DNA of 64,000 nt from an uncultured bacterium (GTDB taxonomy: Bacteria > Patescibacteriota > Minisyncoccia > Phycocordibacterales > DATDWN01). The stretch covers positions 12,632 to 76,631 of the forward strand of contig CAVSGX010000006.1 in assembly GCA_963727715.1 (NCBI GenBank). Direction: 5' to 3'. Positions 30,517-41,509 of the stretch are shown one piece after another. The notes under the pieces were generated by a model. The model searched no databases and was not told where the DNA came from. It saw only the letters and a list, made by a program, of their open reading frames with translations. Positions within the stretch are counted from its first letter, which is position 1. Each line of letters begins with the position of its first letter. The translations under genes and the position numbers were made by a program.

Positions 30517-31050
30517 ATGGTAAAAATTATTCAAAAGGAAAATCCAATATTGAGAAAAAATGCGCTGGAGGTGCCGATTAAAGAAATCCGAACACCAAAA
30601 ATTAAAAAAATCATTGCCGATATGAAAGTGGCTTTGGCTAGAGAAGAAGATGGTGTGGCCATCGCCGCTCCACAGATTGGTTATCTCTTGCGCATTTTTG
30701 TGGTTTCCGGCAGAGTGGCTCATTTGACCGGAAAAGCTGGCAAAGACGAATTTAGAGTAGATGATTCAATTTTCATAAATCCGGCTATCAAAAAATTATC
30801 TCGCAAAAAAGAAATGGACGAAGAAGGTTGTCTTTCCGTCAGATATTTATACGGCAAAGTTAAAAGATCTTCAAAAGTGACGATTGAAGCTTATGATGAA
30901 AATGGTAAAAAACGTTTGACTGGCGCTTCCGGACTTTTGGCCCAGATCTTTCAACACGAAGTGGATCATTTAAACGGTGTGCTTTTTACCGATAAAGCTT
31001 CTGATGTTGAAGAAATAATTCCACACCACATCATCACAAAACAAAAATAA
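30517..31050 (+). CDS. def: Peptide deformylase
   Basis: GVAIAAPQIG, EGCLS, QHEVDHLNG. Confidence 0.96.
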   Translation: MVKIIQKENPILRKNALEVPIKEIRTPKIKKIIADMKVALAREEDGVAIAAPQIGYLLRIFVVSGRVAHLTGKAGKDEFRVDDSIFINPAIKKLSRKKEMDEEGCLSVRYLYGKVKRSSKVTIEAYDENGKKRLTGASGLLAQIFQHEVDHLNGVLFTDKASDVEEIIPHHIITKQK

Positions 31051-31051
31051 A

Positions 31052-31930
31052 ATGTCTGATTCAAAGAAAAATTGGATGTTTTTTGGCACCTCGCGTTTCA
31101 GTGTTTTGGTGCTGGAAGAATTAAAAGCTGGTGGTTTTTTGCCGAATCTCCTTGTGACCGTGCCGGACAAACCAAAAGGTCGCAAACTTGTCCTGACTCC
31201 GCCGGAAGCGAAAGTTTGGGCCGAACAAAATCAGGTCGCCTGCATTCAACCTCAATCTCTACGAGAAGAAAAAAATCCAGGCATTTTGGAAAAAATCAAA
31301 TCATATTGTCATGATGGTTTTGATTTTGCCGTTGTTGCTTCATACGGCAAAATTATTCCACAAAATGTTTTGGATATTCCTCGACTCGGTATGCTCAATG
31401 TTCATCCTTCACTTTTGCCAAGATTGCGCGGGGCTTCTCCCCTGCAAAGCGCTATTCTAAATGAAAACGAAACCGGTCTCTCCATAATGCGTTTGGACGC
31501 GGAAATGGACCACGGCCCGATTGTGGCTCAAAAAAAAGTTGCTGTGGAAGAATGGCCACCGTATGAAAGTGATCTGGAAAACTTGTTGGGACGCGAAGGA
31601 GGAAAATTGTTCGTTGAAAAATTGTCTGATTGGCTGGACGGAAAAATTAAAGAAGTTGAACAAGATCACAGCAAAGCCACTCTTTGTCAAAAAATAGAAA
31701 AAGAAAATGGGTTACTGAATCTGGAAGACTCAGCCGAGACTAATCTGCGCAAGATTCGCGCTTATCATGTCTGGCCCGGAGCATATTTTTTTGCAGAACG
31801 TAACGGCCAAAAAATTAGGGTTATTGTTAAAAAAGCCAGTATTTCAGACGGCAAACTTGTTTTGGAAAGAGTTGTGCCGGAAGGAAAAAAAGAAATGGAT
31901 TACAGCGCATTCCAGAGAGGTTTGCACTGA
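31052..31930 (+). CDS. fmt: Methionyl-tRNA formyltransferase
   Basis: NVHPSLLPRLRGASP, MDHGPI. Confidence 0.95.
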   Translation: MSDSKKNWMFFGTSRFSVLVLEELKAGGFLPNLLVTVPDKPKGRKLVLTPPEAKVWAEQNQVACIQPQSLREEKNPGILEKIKSYCHDGFDFAVVASYGKIIPQNVLDIPRLGMLNVHPSLLPRLRGASPLQSAILNENETGLSIMRLDAEMDHGPIVAQKKVAVEEWPPYESDLENLLGREGGKLFVEKLSDWLDGKIKEVEQDHSKATLCQKIEKENGLLNLEDSAETNLRKIRAYHVWPGAYFFAERNGQKIRVIVKKASISDGKLVLERVVPEGKKEMDYSAFQRGLH

Positions 31931-32089
31931 CTATTCGCTGTAACCGGAAATGGATGTGGACGCCAAATTATCGCCGACAGATGCGCCGGTTTGCATCAAG
32001 TATAGGAGCACGATAATAATAAAGATACATCCAAAAACAAAACTTACCAAAACTGGATTGGCCTTTTGATTAAAACTACCAATTTTCAT
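31931..32089 (-). CDS. 52-aa small membrane protein coupled to hpf
   Basis: ATGA overlap with hpf stop; one TM segment; fills the gap exactly to the fmt stop. Confidence 0.5.
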   Translation of the reverse strand: MKIGSFNQKANPVLVSFVFGCIFIIIVLLYLMQTGASVGDNLASTSISGYSE

Positions 32090-32448
32090 CTGTATAATCT
32101 TTTTATCAAATTTTTTATTCTGCCTGAGCCATGCCGGAAAACAGTCAGATATTTTTTTCGGCTAGAAACAATTTCTCTTTCAACCTCGTCGCGCATTTTA
32201 TCAACAGCAGCGTAAAGGTCGTCCTTTTCGGCCAACACATAAAATTGTCTGCCTTCACAGCTCACGTTGGCTTCGGCCTTGAAAATTTCGCCGGATTTAT
32301 GATGGCCGGTCGTTTTGGCCAACTCAATTTCGACCAGTGTATTATCCCGATCCTTCAAAAATTTGGACAATGACGACAATTTTTTAAAAACATAATCCTC
32401 AATCGCTGGCGACTTTGGCAAATTGGTAAATTTAATTTTAATATTCAT
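32086..32448 (-). CDS. raiA: Ribosome hibernation factor (HPF/RaiA)
   Basis: MNIKIK...AIEDYVFKKL, DLYAAVD. Confidence 0.85.
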   Translation of the reverse strand: MNIKIKFTNLPKSPAIEDYVFKKLSSLSKFLKDRDNTLVEIELAKTTGHHKSGEIFKAEANVSCEGRQFYVLAEKDDLYAAVDKMRDEVEREIVSSRKKYLTVFRHGSGRIKNLIKRLYR

Positions 32449-32499
32449 GTTTGAATTATATCACTGGCAAAATTTTACTACCAGTTTTCATTTAAAAAA

Positions 32500-32715
32500 C
32501 TAATCACCGACTGACAAGAGCTTGCTTGGCGAGTGATGACCGCTAATAATCCTGACCTTTTTAGTTTTGTAAATATCGGAAATAATTTCCAAGACTCGCC
32601 GATTAGCCAAATTGTTTTTGGCTTTTTCTTTAATTGATATTACGAAATGATCATCCGATTTTTTCTCCACCTTTTCACTTTTGGCCCCAGCTATGACCAT
32701 GACTTTGATGTACAT
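32500..32715 (-). CDS. DUF167/YggU family protein
   Basis: VIAGAK, NLAN, IISGHHSPSK. Confidence 0.8.
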   Translation of the reverse strand: MYIKVMVIAGAKSEKVEKKSDDHFVISIKEKAKNNLANRRVLEIISDIYKTKKVRIISGHHSPSKLLSVGD

Positions 32716-32828
32716 AAAGATATTGTATCACCTTTTAATTTTGCTTTTTTACCCAACTTTGATATTATGGAATTGCGCAAAAACGCGCAAACATTCCGCG
32801 GTAGCTCAGTGGTAGAGCGATCGCCTGT

Positions 32829-33437
32829 GTCGAAAGGTTCTGTGGTATACTTTATATATGTATACCAAAAAAAAAAGAAACCAGAACCTATGCCGACCGT
32901 GCCGAGTATATGCGCATGGCCGTAAAACGTAGAAGAAAAAAACTTCGCGAAATGGCCAGAGCATCCAAAGGCAATAAATGTGCAATCTGCGGTTACAAAA
33001 AGTGTCAACGAGCTTTAAGTTTTCATCATATAAATCCTTCCAAAAAAGAGTTTGATCTGTCATCAAGAGGACTGACCAGATCTTGGAAGAAAATAGAAAA
33101 TGAAATTGAAAAATGTATTCTCGTTTGTGCTAATTGTCACGCAGAAATACATGACGGCATTACGCAGCTTCCTAAAGTAATTTAGGTTGAAAAATGAGGT
33201 GAATTGCTGGAAACCCTAATCTCGCAAAAGAAGGGCAATCAGCAGCCAAGTCCCTCACCAGATTTGTTTTGAAAATTTTCAAGACAAATCTGGTGAGGGG
33301 AAGGTTCAGAGACTATCTCGCAAGAGAGTAGCCCGATGCAAATCGGTCGAAGCGCCCCACATCCGACTAAATTTTTGAAAACGAAAATTTTAGGGATGAT
33401 GATATAGTCCATCCCAGAAGAAACTCTGGATTCTATG
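32829..33437 (+). ncRNA. Group I intron (609 nt) within the anticodon, between positions 35 and 36
   Basis: 5' exon ends in U, intron ends in G; AATTGCTGGAAA and AATCAGCAGCCAAG (P4), GTTCAGAGACTA and GATATAGTCC (P7); IGS TTACGCAG at 33160-33167. Confidence 0.9.
32858..33185 (+). CDS. HNH homing endonuclease inside the intron
   Basis: CAICG, FHH, CANCHAEIH; frame open from 32910; ATG 32858 joins it if the A10 run is A9. Confidence 0.85.
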
Positions 33438-33463
33438 TAAGCGATTGGTCGTAGGTTCGATCC

Positions 33464-34948
33464 CTACCCGCGGAGCCAAATTGTATGTTGCGAGTTTATT
33501 GCCTCGGCGCTTCGCGCCTCGGCAGGCAGATTGTATAGTATTTGCCAAGATTTTTTGGGTTCAATCGCCACTTTTTGCGAAAGCAAAACGCGGTTCGAGC
33601 CAATCCTTTTGAGAAAATCCCGTCCCGCGACGGGATTTTCTTGCAAAGCGATAATTTTGGCTTGTTGAGCCGCTAAAATGAATTGTCTTGCCGGTTCGAG
33701 CCAATGATTGCCGTTTCGCTCAAAATCCTTTGATTTTTCGGAAAGCTCGGATTTTTCGTTGATGATTTTTTCTTTTTTAGCGGTATATTCCTCGCGCGAA
33801 ATTGTGCCGTCCAAATGCGCGTCTAAAAGCAGGTCGAGCTTTCCTTCAAGCTCTTTTATTTTGTCTTTAAGATTTTGAGCGAAAACGGCTCCGCTTTGGG
33901 CGGCTTCCGCTTCTTCCTTGTTTAATTCGCCTGAGCATCCACTCCGCCCAAGCGGAAGACAAAGAAACTTTTTGAAGCTCGTTTGAAACTTCTGGCGGCC
34001 AAAACTTCCTCGCGGATATATTTTTGCGAACATTGATTATCCCGCTTTTTGGTGCAACGATAATAGTTATGTCCTTTTTGCGTTTCGGAAGTGATGGCGC
34101 ATCCGCACTCTCCGCAAACGAGCATATTCCTAAACGGATATTCTTTTTGGCTCGGCTTTTTCGGGCGCGAACGATCCGCCATAACTTTTTGGCACGCTTC
34201 AAAAAGTTTCTTTGGAATCATTGGCTCGTGCTTTCCGTCATACATTTCGCCGTTGTATTTGAAAACTCCGTAATAAAATGAATTGGAAAGTATGCTTTGG
34301 ATATTGGAGACGGAAAGCATATTTTTCTTTCGGCTCAACAAGCCGGCGGAAGTTATTAACTTCCGCACATCTTTCAGAGAATAATTGCCGGTTGCGTAAA
34401 GTTCAAAAATTTTGCGAACGAGGCGAAATCTTTCAGGGTCTTTATACATTGTATGCTTTAGCAAGTCGTTCAAATATCCAAGTGGCGCGTAGCCGGGCAA
34501 TTCGCCTCGGCGCAATTTTTGACGCAACCCTCGTTTTAGTATTCTCTGAAAGATTATCAACAAAGTATTTTGATTGCCCAAAAGCGATATTCAACATGAA
34601 TTTGCCTTGCGGGGTTGGCTCAAACCAAAATGTCGGGGATTTTAGCGCTTTGATTTTTCCCGTATCGATCAAGAAAATAATCCGTCCGCCGTCTATGCTG
34701 TTTCTCGCTAATCTGTCGGGGTGCCACGCTAAAATCCCCTCGGCTTCGCCGCTTTCCATTCGTTTGAGCATATCGTTAAAAATCGGTCTGCCCGGCTCTT
34801 TGGCAGTTTGTGATTCGCGAAAAGTCGCGGCGATCAAAAGATTTTCCCGCAAGGCAAATTCTTTCAATTCGGTTTCTTGCGCTTCCAGCGACAAAACTTG
34901 TCTGTCGTCCTCGTCCGTTGATTTTCTAATGTATAAAAAATATTTCAT
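33464..34948 (-). CDS. Large serine recombinase, frameshifted (pseudogene or consensus errors)
   Basis: YIRKS, QVLSLEAQ, PDRLARN, recombinase domain, CGECG/YYRC zinc ribbon, coiled coil; spread over four frames. Confidence 0.85.
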
Positions 34949-35048
34949 ATCGCTTTTGGGCTGTTAAAAATTATCGCTTTGCTTTCCGCCTTCGGCGGAA
35001 TAAAAAGGATTGGCTCATAAACTTCGTTTATCCGTTGCTTCGCAACGG

Positions 35049-35319
35049 CGAACCGCGTTTTGCTTTCGCAAAAGGTGGCGATTGAACCGAAAAAATCTTG
35101 GCAAATACTATACAATCTGCCTGCCGAGGCGCGAAGCGCCGAGGCAATAAACTCGCAACATACAATTTGGCTCCGAACGCTGAACGAAATCCGAACTTTT
35201 TTTAGCGAAAATCCGAACGCTGAATTTTGAAAAACTTTTAAGCTCGGGCGGGCAAAAAGGAAGGGGGTTGGGGGGAAGGAATTTTTGCCCGCCCTCGCTT
35301 TTCCGCCGCCGCCGAATTT
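35049..35319 (+). repeat. Internal inverted attP-like copy
   Basis: 35049-35175 is the reverse complement of 33471-33597; 35170-35319 is the reverse complement of 41227-41376. Confidence 0.9.
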
Positions 35320-35512
35320 CGTATTTCGCTTTGCGAAATGCGCCGCCAAAGAAGATGTTGCCCTTGCCCCAGCCCTCCCGTGCGCGGGCAACGACAAGGA
35401 ACTCCCTTTTAGTTTGCCAAATTTTAATATTTTTGATACCATTACATTAAGCAAGTTGATATACACTCACTATAAGTAGTGTATTATAATAGTTTAACAA
35501 AGTCAAAACAAT

Positions 35513-35713
35513 ATGGCAAATTCAGTAAGCGAAAACATCCGAAAATTGCGAATCAAAAAAGGAATCTCCCAAGATCGCCTCTCAAAAGACGCTGATTTAG
35601 CGTTAAATACAGTTGTGAAGATAGAAACAGGCGAAAGCCCGAATCCTACCGTGGATACATTAGAAAAAATAGCCAAGGCCCTCGGCGTGCCGGTGGCGGA
35701 ATTATTTAAATAA
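35513..35713 (+). CDS. Xre-family HTH regulator (possible R-M controller)
   Basis: IRKLRIKKGISQDRLS, IETG, NPTVDTLEKIAKALGV; directly upstream of mod. Confidence 0.88.
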   Translation: MANSVSENIRKLRIKKGISQDRLSKDADLALNTVVKIETGESPNPTVDTLEKIAKALGVPVAELFK

Positions 35714-35720
35714 AAAAACT

Positions 35721-38266
35721 ATGACTAAAGAAACAAAATTTTATAAAGCACTTCAAGATATTTTTATTGGCGCCAAAATTGAAGGTGAAGGCGGGTTTAT
35801 CAATTTAATGCGGATTAAAGCCGGATACTATTCGCAGATTGAAAAACTGCTTAAAGAAGATATAAACAAAGCCGTCGTAAAATATCCCGCTTTTAGAGAA
35901 GAACTTTTTGACAAGCTCCATTCATTTTTTAGTCGTTACTTTACCGAAAGCGGATCAATTTATTTTAATTCAACGCCTTTCCATAACAATATTTACGAAA
36001 AAGTTTATACCGATGAAAAAGATGTCATTCTGTTTTGGAAAACGCAGATGCTCTACTATGTCAAAACTGACCGCATTTTTAGAAGTATGCCGGTTGAGTT
36101 TGACGGCCTGAAATTTTATTTTGACGCCAGCCAAATGGAAAATAAAAAAGCGAATGAAAAACGCGCTTTATATTTTGAAATTAAGCAGATTCGCGAAGAT
36201 GAAACAGTCGTCTTTACTGTTAAATATTCCGAGCGAGGAACGAAGACAAAATCCGATGAAATTCTAAAGGATTTAAAAAAGAAGAATATCAAAATTACCG
36301 AAGAATTGCTTGAAAAAGCTTTCCGCATTTTTGAAAAACAAAGTGAAGTTGATTTCTTTATCAATAAAAATGCGAATGCTTTTTTGCAGGAACAATTTAA
36401 ACTTTGGAGCTATCAGTATTTTTGGGAAGGAGCTAAGGAATGGTCTGGGGACAGGGTTAATCAATTACAGATTTTGAAAAGCATCGCTTTCAAAGTAATT
36501 GATTTTATTTCTCAATTTGAAGATGAGTTGGTGAAAGTTTGGAATAAGCCAAAATTTGCACGCAAAAGCAATTATGTGATTACACTGGATAGAATCACAG
36601 ATAAAAAAATAGTTGAAAAAATACTAAAACATGTCTGGAATTAAAGATCAAATAAAAGAATGGCAGGAGCTTGGTATCGTTGATGGTAAATTTAAGGTAA
36701 AAGATGTAGAAGATAAAAAATATGAGCATTTACCGGTAGACACAAAGTATTTTAAGGATTTAGAAATTGAAATTTTGTCTTTGTTTGACGATTTAGACAA
36801 TCAGTTAGATGGCTGGCTGATAAAAAGCGAAAATTATCAGGCGTTAAATACAATACTGCCGAAATTTAAAGAACAAGTACAAACAATATACATTGATCCG
36901 CCATTCAATTCTTGAGGGATAGATTTTTACTATGCAGATCAATTATCAAAATAGCTAGTTGGACTTTCGTTAATTGATAATAGACCGAAAATTATAAGCA
37001 GTTTTCGAGAAAAGACAATTAATACTTATATAGTTGCATTTTGATTCCGAAGGAGAGTTACGCATAATTGATAATTATATTCTACGGCTTTACTGATCTT
37101 GATTTCAAAGTCGCATAATTAAATATCAGTTAATGAGATAGTTTTTAAATAATTTATTAATAAGTATCATGGTTATTTATTTTCAGAAAGCGATGAAATA
37201 ATGTGGCATTATGAAAGTATTATGGTACTAGGTCGAAAGACTATTTAGAAAGCACAGATACAATCACGATTTTTTATAGAAATGATCGAAAGACATACTT
37301 TATTTAAAACGAAATGAAGATATTGGCGAAACAAATGCTGATAAGATTGGAGAAAGTATATTGTAAATGAAAACGAGTCGTGGGAAATTACATCATGATG
37401 TTGATTTAAAAGGAATTGGATAAATGGATGAAAGAAAATGGCAGATCAACCAATGAAGATAAGATGTTGATTTATGTATTTTAAATACGCAACCATACGA
37501 AGATGTATGGGATATACAATACATAAGATCACGCCAAAGATAAAACAGAAAAGACTGGATATGACACTGCAAAAGCCAGAAGCTCTTATTGAAAGGATAA
37601 TTCGATGCGGTTTCATAATCCAGGACGATTTAGTCATGGATTATTTTTGTAGGTTCGGAGCACTAGTGTGGCTGTCTGCCCATAAAATGAAAATGAAATG
37701 GATTGGCGTAGAGAATTAGGCGAAGCATATTATGAGACATATGACACGATTAAGGTATTTTTAAGAAAAAATAGAAAGACGATTGTTGAAATATTGGAAA
37801 TAGTTTAGAGTCAAACTATATTACCGCATGTAAGACTGGTAAAGTTGACGCTTGAAGAGATTGGTTAGTGGCTAAAAGTCTGGAATATCAGACAAGGTTG
37901 AATATGCTGGTGGCGGATTTTTCAAGTATTATGAGCTTGAACAGTATGAGGATGCATTAAAAAATTGTAAATATGGCGACGGGTGATTTATTTAGTAAGA
38001 CAAGCGATAAAGCATATCAGGATTATGTATTTATGAAAGATGAAAAAATGCTTTCCGCTTTGGAAATAGATTACAAGAATAAAAAAGTGAGGGTAGATTT
38101 AAACAAGCTTTATCCCGATATTGATATTGCGGAAACACTATCAAACCTAACCGGAAAATGGATTAAGGCAATAAAAGACGGTGATGTGGAATTTACCGAT
38201 GGTAGCAAGATAAATACGAAAGAATTGGACTATAAAATTATCAAACCTTTAATTTGGTGGGAATAA
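35721..38266 (+). CDS. Type III R-M methyltransferase (Mod), frameshifted with a corrupted centre
   Basis: ENYQAL, IYIDPPFN, KPEALIERII, DYF, WIGVE, FFKYYELEQYED. Confidence 0.8.
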
Positions 38267-38267
38267 C

Positions 38268-41196
38268 ATGAAGACCTATTTGCAATCAATCGTTGATGAC
38301 TTTTCTTTTGATAACTTGCCGGCAAAATGGCAGGATTTTGATTTTGTCAGATTTTCTTCCGATAAAACACTATTTGATTTTCAAAAGCAAGGTTTGCAGA
38401 ACGCGCTGAAAGCACTTTGGTTGTTTTATAAAGAGAAAAAAAGCAATAAGGAAGATTTTTTTGAACAATATAAGGCCAATGGATTTGAAACTAATTTTGA
38501 TTATGATTTAAGTCGTGAAAGAAAATCTGCCGGTCATCTTTTGGAATTTGATAAGGATTATCCGATTACGAACGAAAAAATTGCTTTCGCTCACTTCATC
38601 AACCGAATGAGTTTCTGGATGGCAACTGGCTCTGGCAAAACTTTGATTATCGTAAAGTTGATTGATTTGCTCGGACAGCTTATTCAAAGAAAAGAAATAC
38701 CGAAAAACGACATTCTTTTTTTGGCTCATAGAGATGACCTTTTAGAGCAATTTAGAAATCATGTAAATGAGTTTAACAGTTATAATTTTGAAACGAAAAT
38801 AAATTTGAAAAGTTTAAAAGATTATGAAAGTGTTAAGCGAGAAAATTCTTTGCCATTTGCGAAAAATGAAATAACTGTTTTTTATTACCGTTCTGATTTA
38901 ATTTCCGATGAGCACAAGGAAAAAATAGTCAATTTTAAAAATTACGACAATAGCGGCAAGTGGTACATCCTTTTAGATGAAGCTCATAAGGGCGACAAAG
39001 AGGATAGCAAACGACAGGTACTATATTCAATACTTTCAAGAAACGGTTTTCTTTTTAATTTTTCTGCGACATTCACAGACCCACGAGATTATGCAACATG
39101 TGTTTTTAACTTCAATTTATCTAAATTTATTGAGGAAGGTTATGGAAAACATATTTATGTATTCAAACCAATGTGAAGGTTTTCGGGACAAAACGATTTT
39201 GCTCCACTGAAAAGCAGAAAATTGTTTTGAAAGACGCTTATTTTGCAAACATATATCAATAAATATTTTGCGAGAGTCAGAAAAGAAGATAAGACACTAT
39301 ACCATCGACCACTACTTTTGACGCTAGTCAATTCGGTTGATACAAAAGAAGCCGACTTAAAATTATTTTTTTCAGAGCTGGAAAAAGTGGCAAAAAATAA
39401 AATAAGCTCAGGAACTTCTTAAAAAAGCTAGAGAAGAAGTTGATAGAAGATTTTGAAAATAATCCCCAGTATGAATTTGAGAGTATTAATTTTTCAGTTG
39501 ATAAAAAGATAATTGAAAAGATAGAGTATGGTGATATTTTGAAGCAAATTTTTAATGCGAAATCTCCGGCAAAATCGAGGTTTTAAAGATTCCGGGCAAT
39601 AAAAAGGAGATAATTTTCAAATTGCAAAGATCAGAAAAACCTTTCGGACTTATTAAGATTGGTGATATTTCTGGCTGGTTCAAGGAAAAACTTGAAGGTT
39701 ATGAAATCATTGAAAGTTTTGAAAATGAAAGTATTTTTAAAAAAATCAATCACGACGATTCGGAAATAAATATTTTAATGGGTTCTCGTGCTTTTTATGA
39801 GGGGTGGGATTCTAATCGTCCGAACATTATTTTGTTTGTGAATATCGGCGTGGGAAGCGATGCTAAAAAGTTTGTTTTGCAGTCAGTTGGACAGAGGCGT
39901 AAGGATTGAACCGCAAAAAAACAAACGGAAAAGGATTTTGAATTTATACAATGCGAAAGAGATAAAAGAAGAAATATTTAATAAAGTACGACAAAATATT
40001 ATGCCACTTGAAAGTTTGTTTATTTTCGGGACCAATGCAGAAAACCTTAAAGAGATTATCAAAGCCCTTAAAGAAGAAAAACAAGAAAAGGATTTAGGAC
40101 AAGAGTTTATTATCAATAAAGAAGCTGAAAAGCGATTATTGCTAATTCCGATATATAAAAAATCGGACAAAATATTTGCGGAAGAAAAAGAACCTCAAAA
40201 ATATGGAATTAACAAAGATGATTTTGATTTGGCCAAGTGAAATGTTTAATTATCTTGGCACAAAAATCGCGTTAACGAAATATGAATGTGATGTCAGGGT
40301 TGTTGAGAAAGCAAGCGAAAGTTTTGAAAAGCCAGATCAATATTTTGACTTTGAAGAAGCGAGGACAATTTCTGAGCCGGATTTGTTAGTGGATAGAATC
40401 ATTAAATTATTTTAGCGTTAGAGATAAAGAATTTGATAAATTTAAAAAACTAGAAAATGAAATTGTCCATTTCAAGAGAATAAAATTTAGCGATGGCGAA
40501 AAATATGAGCAAATAAAGAAAAAAATTGAGGAAATGAGACAATATCCTGAAAAACAGAAAGAACTTGATAACAATATGGAAAAATGCCAAGAGAAGAATT
40601 TGCCCGAAAACAAATAGTTTATTTGAGGCGCAAAAATTTGAATATAAAGGGAAAAATTAAAAATAAAATATATTCAAAATCATTATTATATTCCGCTTAT
40701 CGTTTCTGAAAATGAAAAAGTTGATTATTTAAACCACATTATTGATGTTCCTAGCGAAGTTAAATTTATTGAACAGCTTGAGGAGTATTTACAAAATGAA
40801 AATAATGTTTTTAAACAATTTGATTGGTGGATGTTTTCCAAACTAGACCAAACATTAGACGAGGTACATATTCCGTATTACAATCCAAAAGAAAACAATA
40901 TGGCTAGGTTTAAGCCGGACTTTATTTTTTGGATGCAGAAAGGAAATGAGTATGTAATTTTGTTTGTAGATCCAAAAGGAACAGAACATGCAGACGGATA
41001 TAGGAAAATTGATGGCTATTCGCGCATATTTGAAACTAGAGAAAGAAAAGAAAGCAGAGCATATCCGTTCAACGGCTTTAATATAAAAACAAAATTACTT
41101 CTGAAGCCAAAAAGAGGAATAGCTGAAACACTTGAGAATTATCGAAAATATTGGTTTGACAATTTTGGCGATTTTGCGACAAAGTTAAATAATTGA
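38268..41196 (+). CDS. Type III R-M restriction subunit (Res), frameshifted
   Basis: MATGSGKT, LDEAH, FSATF, EGWD, C-terminal PDF...DPKG nuclease motif. Confidence 0.82.
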
Positions 41197-41509
41197 TTTT
41201 GGCGGCGCGCCAGCTTCGCTGGCACAAAATTCGGCGGTGGCGGAAAAGCGAGGGCGGGCAAAAATTCCTTCCCCCCAACCCCCTTCCTTTTTGCCCGCCC
41301 GAGCTTAAAAGTTTTTCAAAATTCAGCGTTCGGATTTTCGCTAAAAAAAGTTCGGATTTCGTTCAGCGTTCGGAGCATAGAAATTATTTTGAGCAATATT
41401 GAGTATCTCATTGAACGGAGAACGCAATGAAATACAGGGTTTTTTACCATTCACAATACCCACATGAACCGGGAAAAAGTTGATTAAAATATTCCTACTT
41501 ATAAACGGT

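Larger units (their letters stand above)
32795..33478 (+). tRNA. tRNA-Asn(GUU), intron-split (exons 32795-32828 and 33438-33478)
   Basis: Joined exons fold as a cloverleaf: TCCGCGG/CCGCGGA acceptor, GCTC/GAGC D stem, ATCGC/GCGAT anticodon stem with CTGT|TAA loop, GTAGG-TTCGATC-CCTAC, GCCA end. Confidence 0.93.
33471..41376. mobile_element. Integrated island (serine recombinase, Xre, type III R-M) at the tRNA-Asn 3' end
   Basis: CGGAGC core at 33471-33476 and 41371-41376; recombinase reads into the tRNA end. Confidence 0.85.

Noticed and set aside
33252-33299. Long AT-rich hairpin CCCTCACCAGA...TCTGGTGAGGG as a family B insertion in the intron
   Set aside because: Only weak resemblance to the CCGCACACTAAC end and no duplication; adequately explained as a peripheral intron stem
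34945-35466. 173-aa minus-strand ORF and neighbouring short ORFs
   Set aside because: They are translations of the inverted attP copy and GC hairpins, with no protein-like features
33464-41196. Programmed frameshifting or genuine pseudogenisation of recombinase, mod and res
   Set aside because: Indels are numerous and scattered while motifs stay intact; low-coverage consensus error is simpler and cannot be excluded without reads
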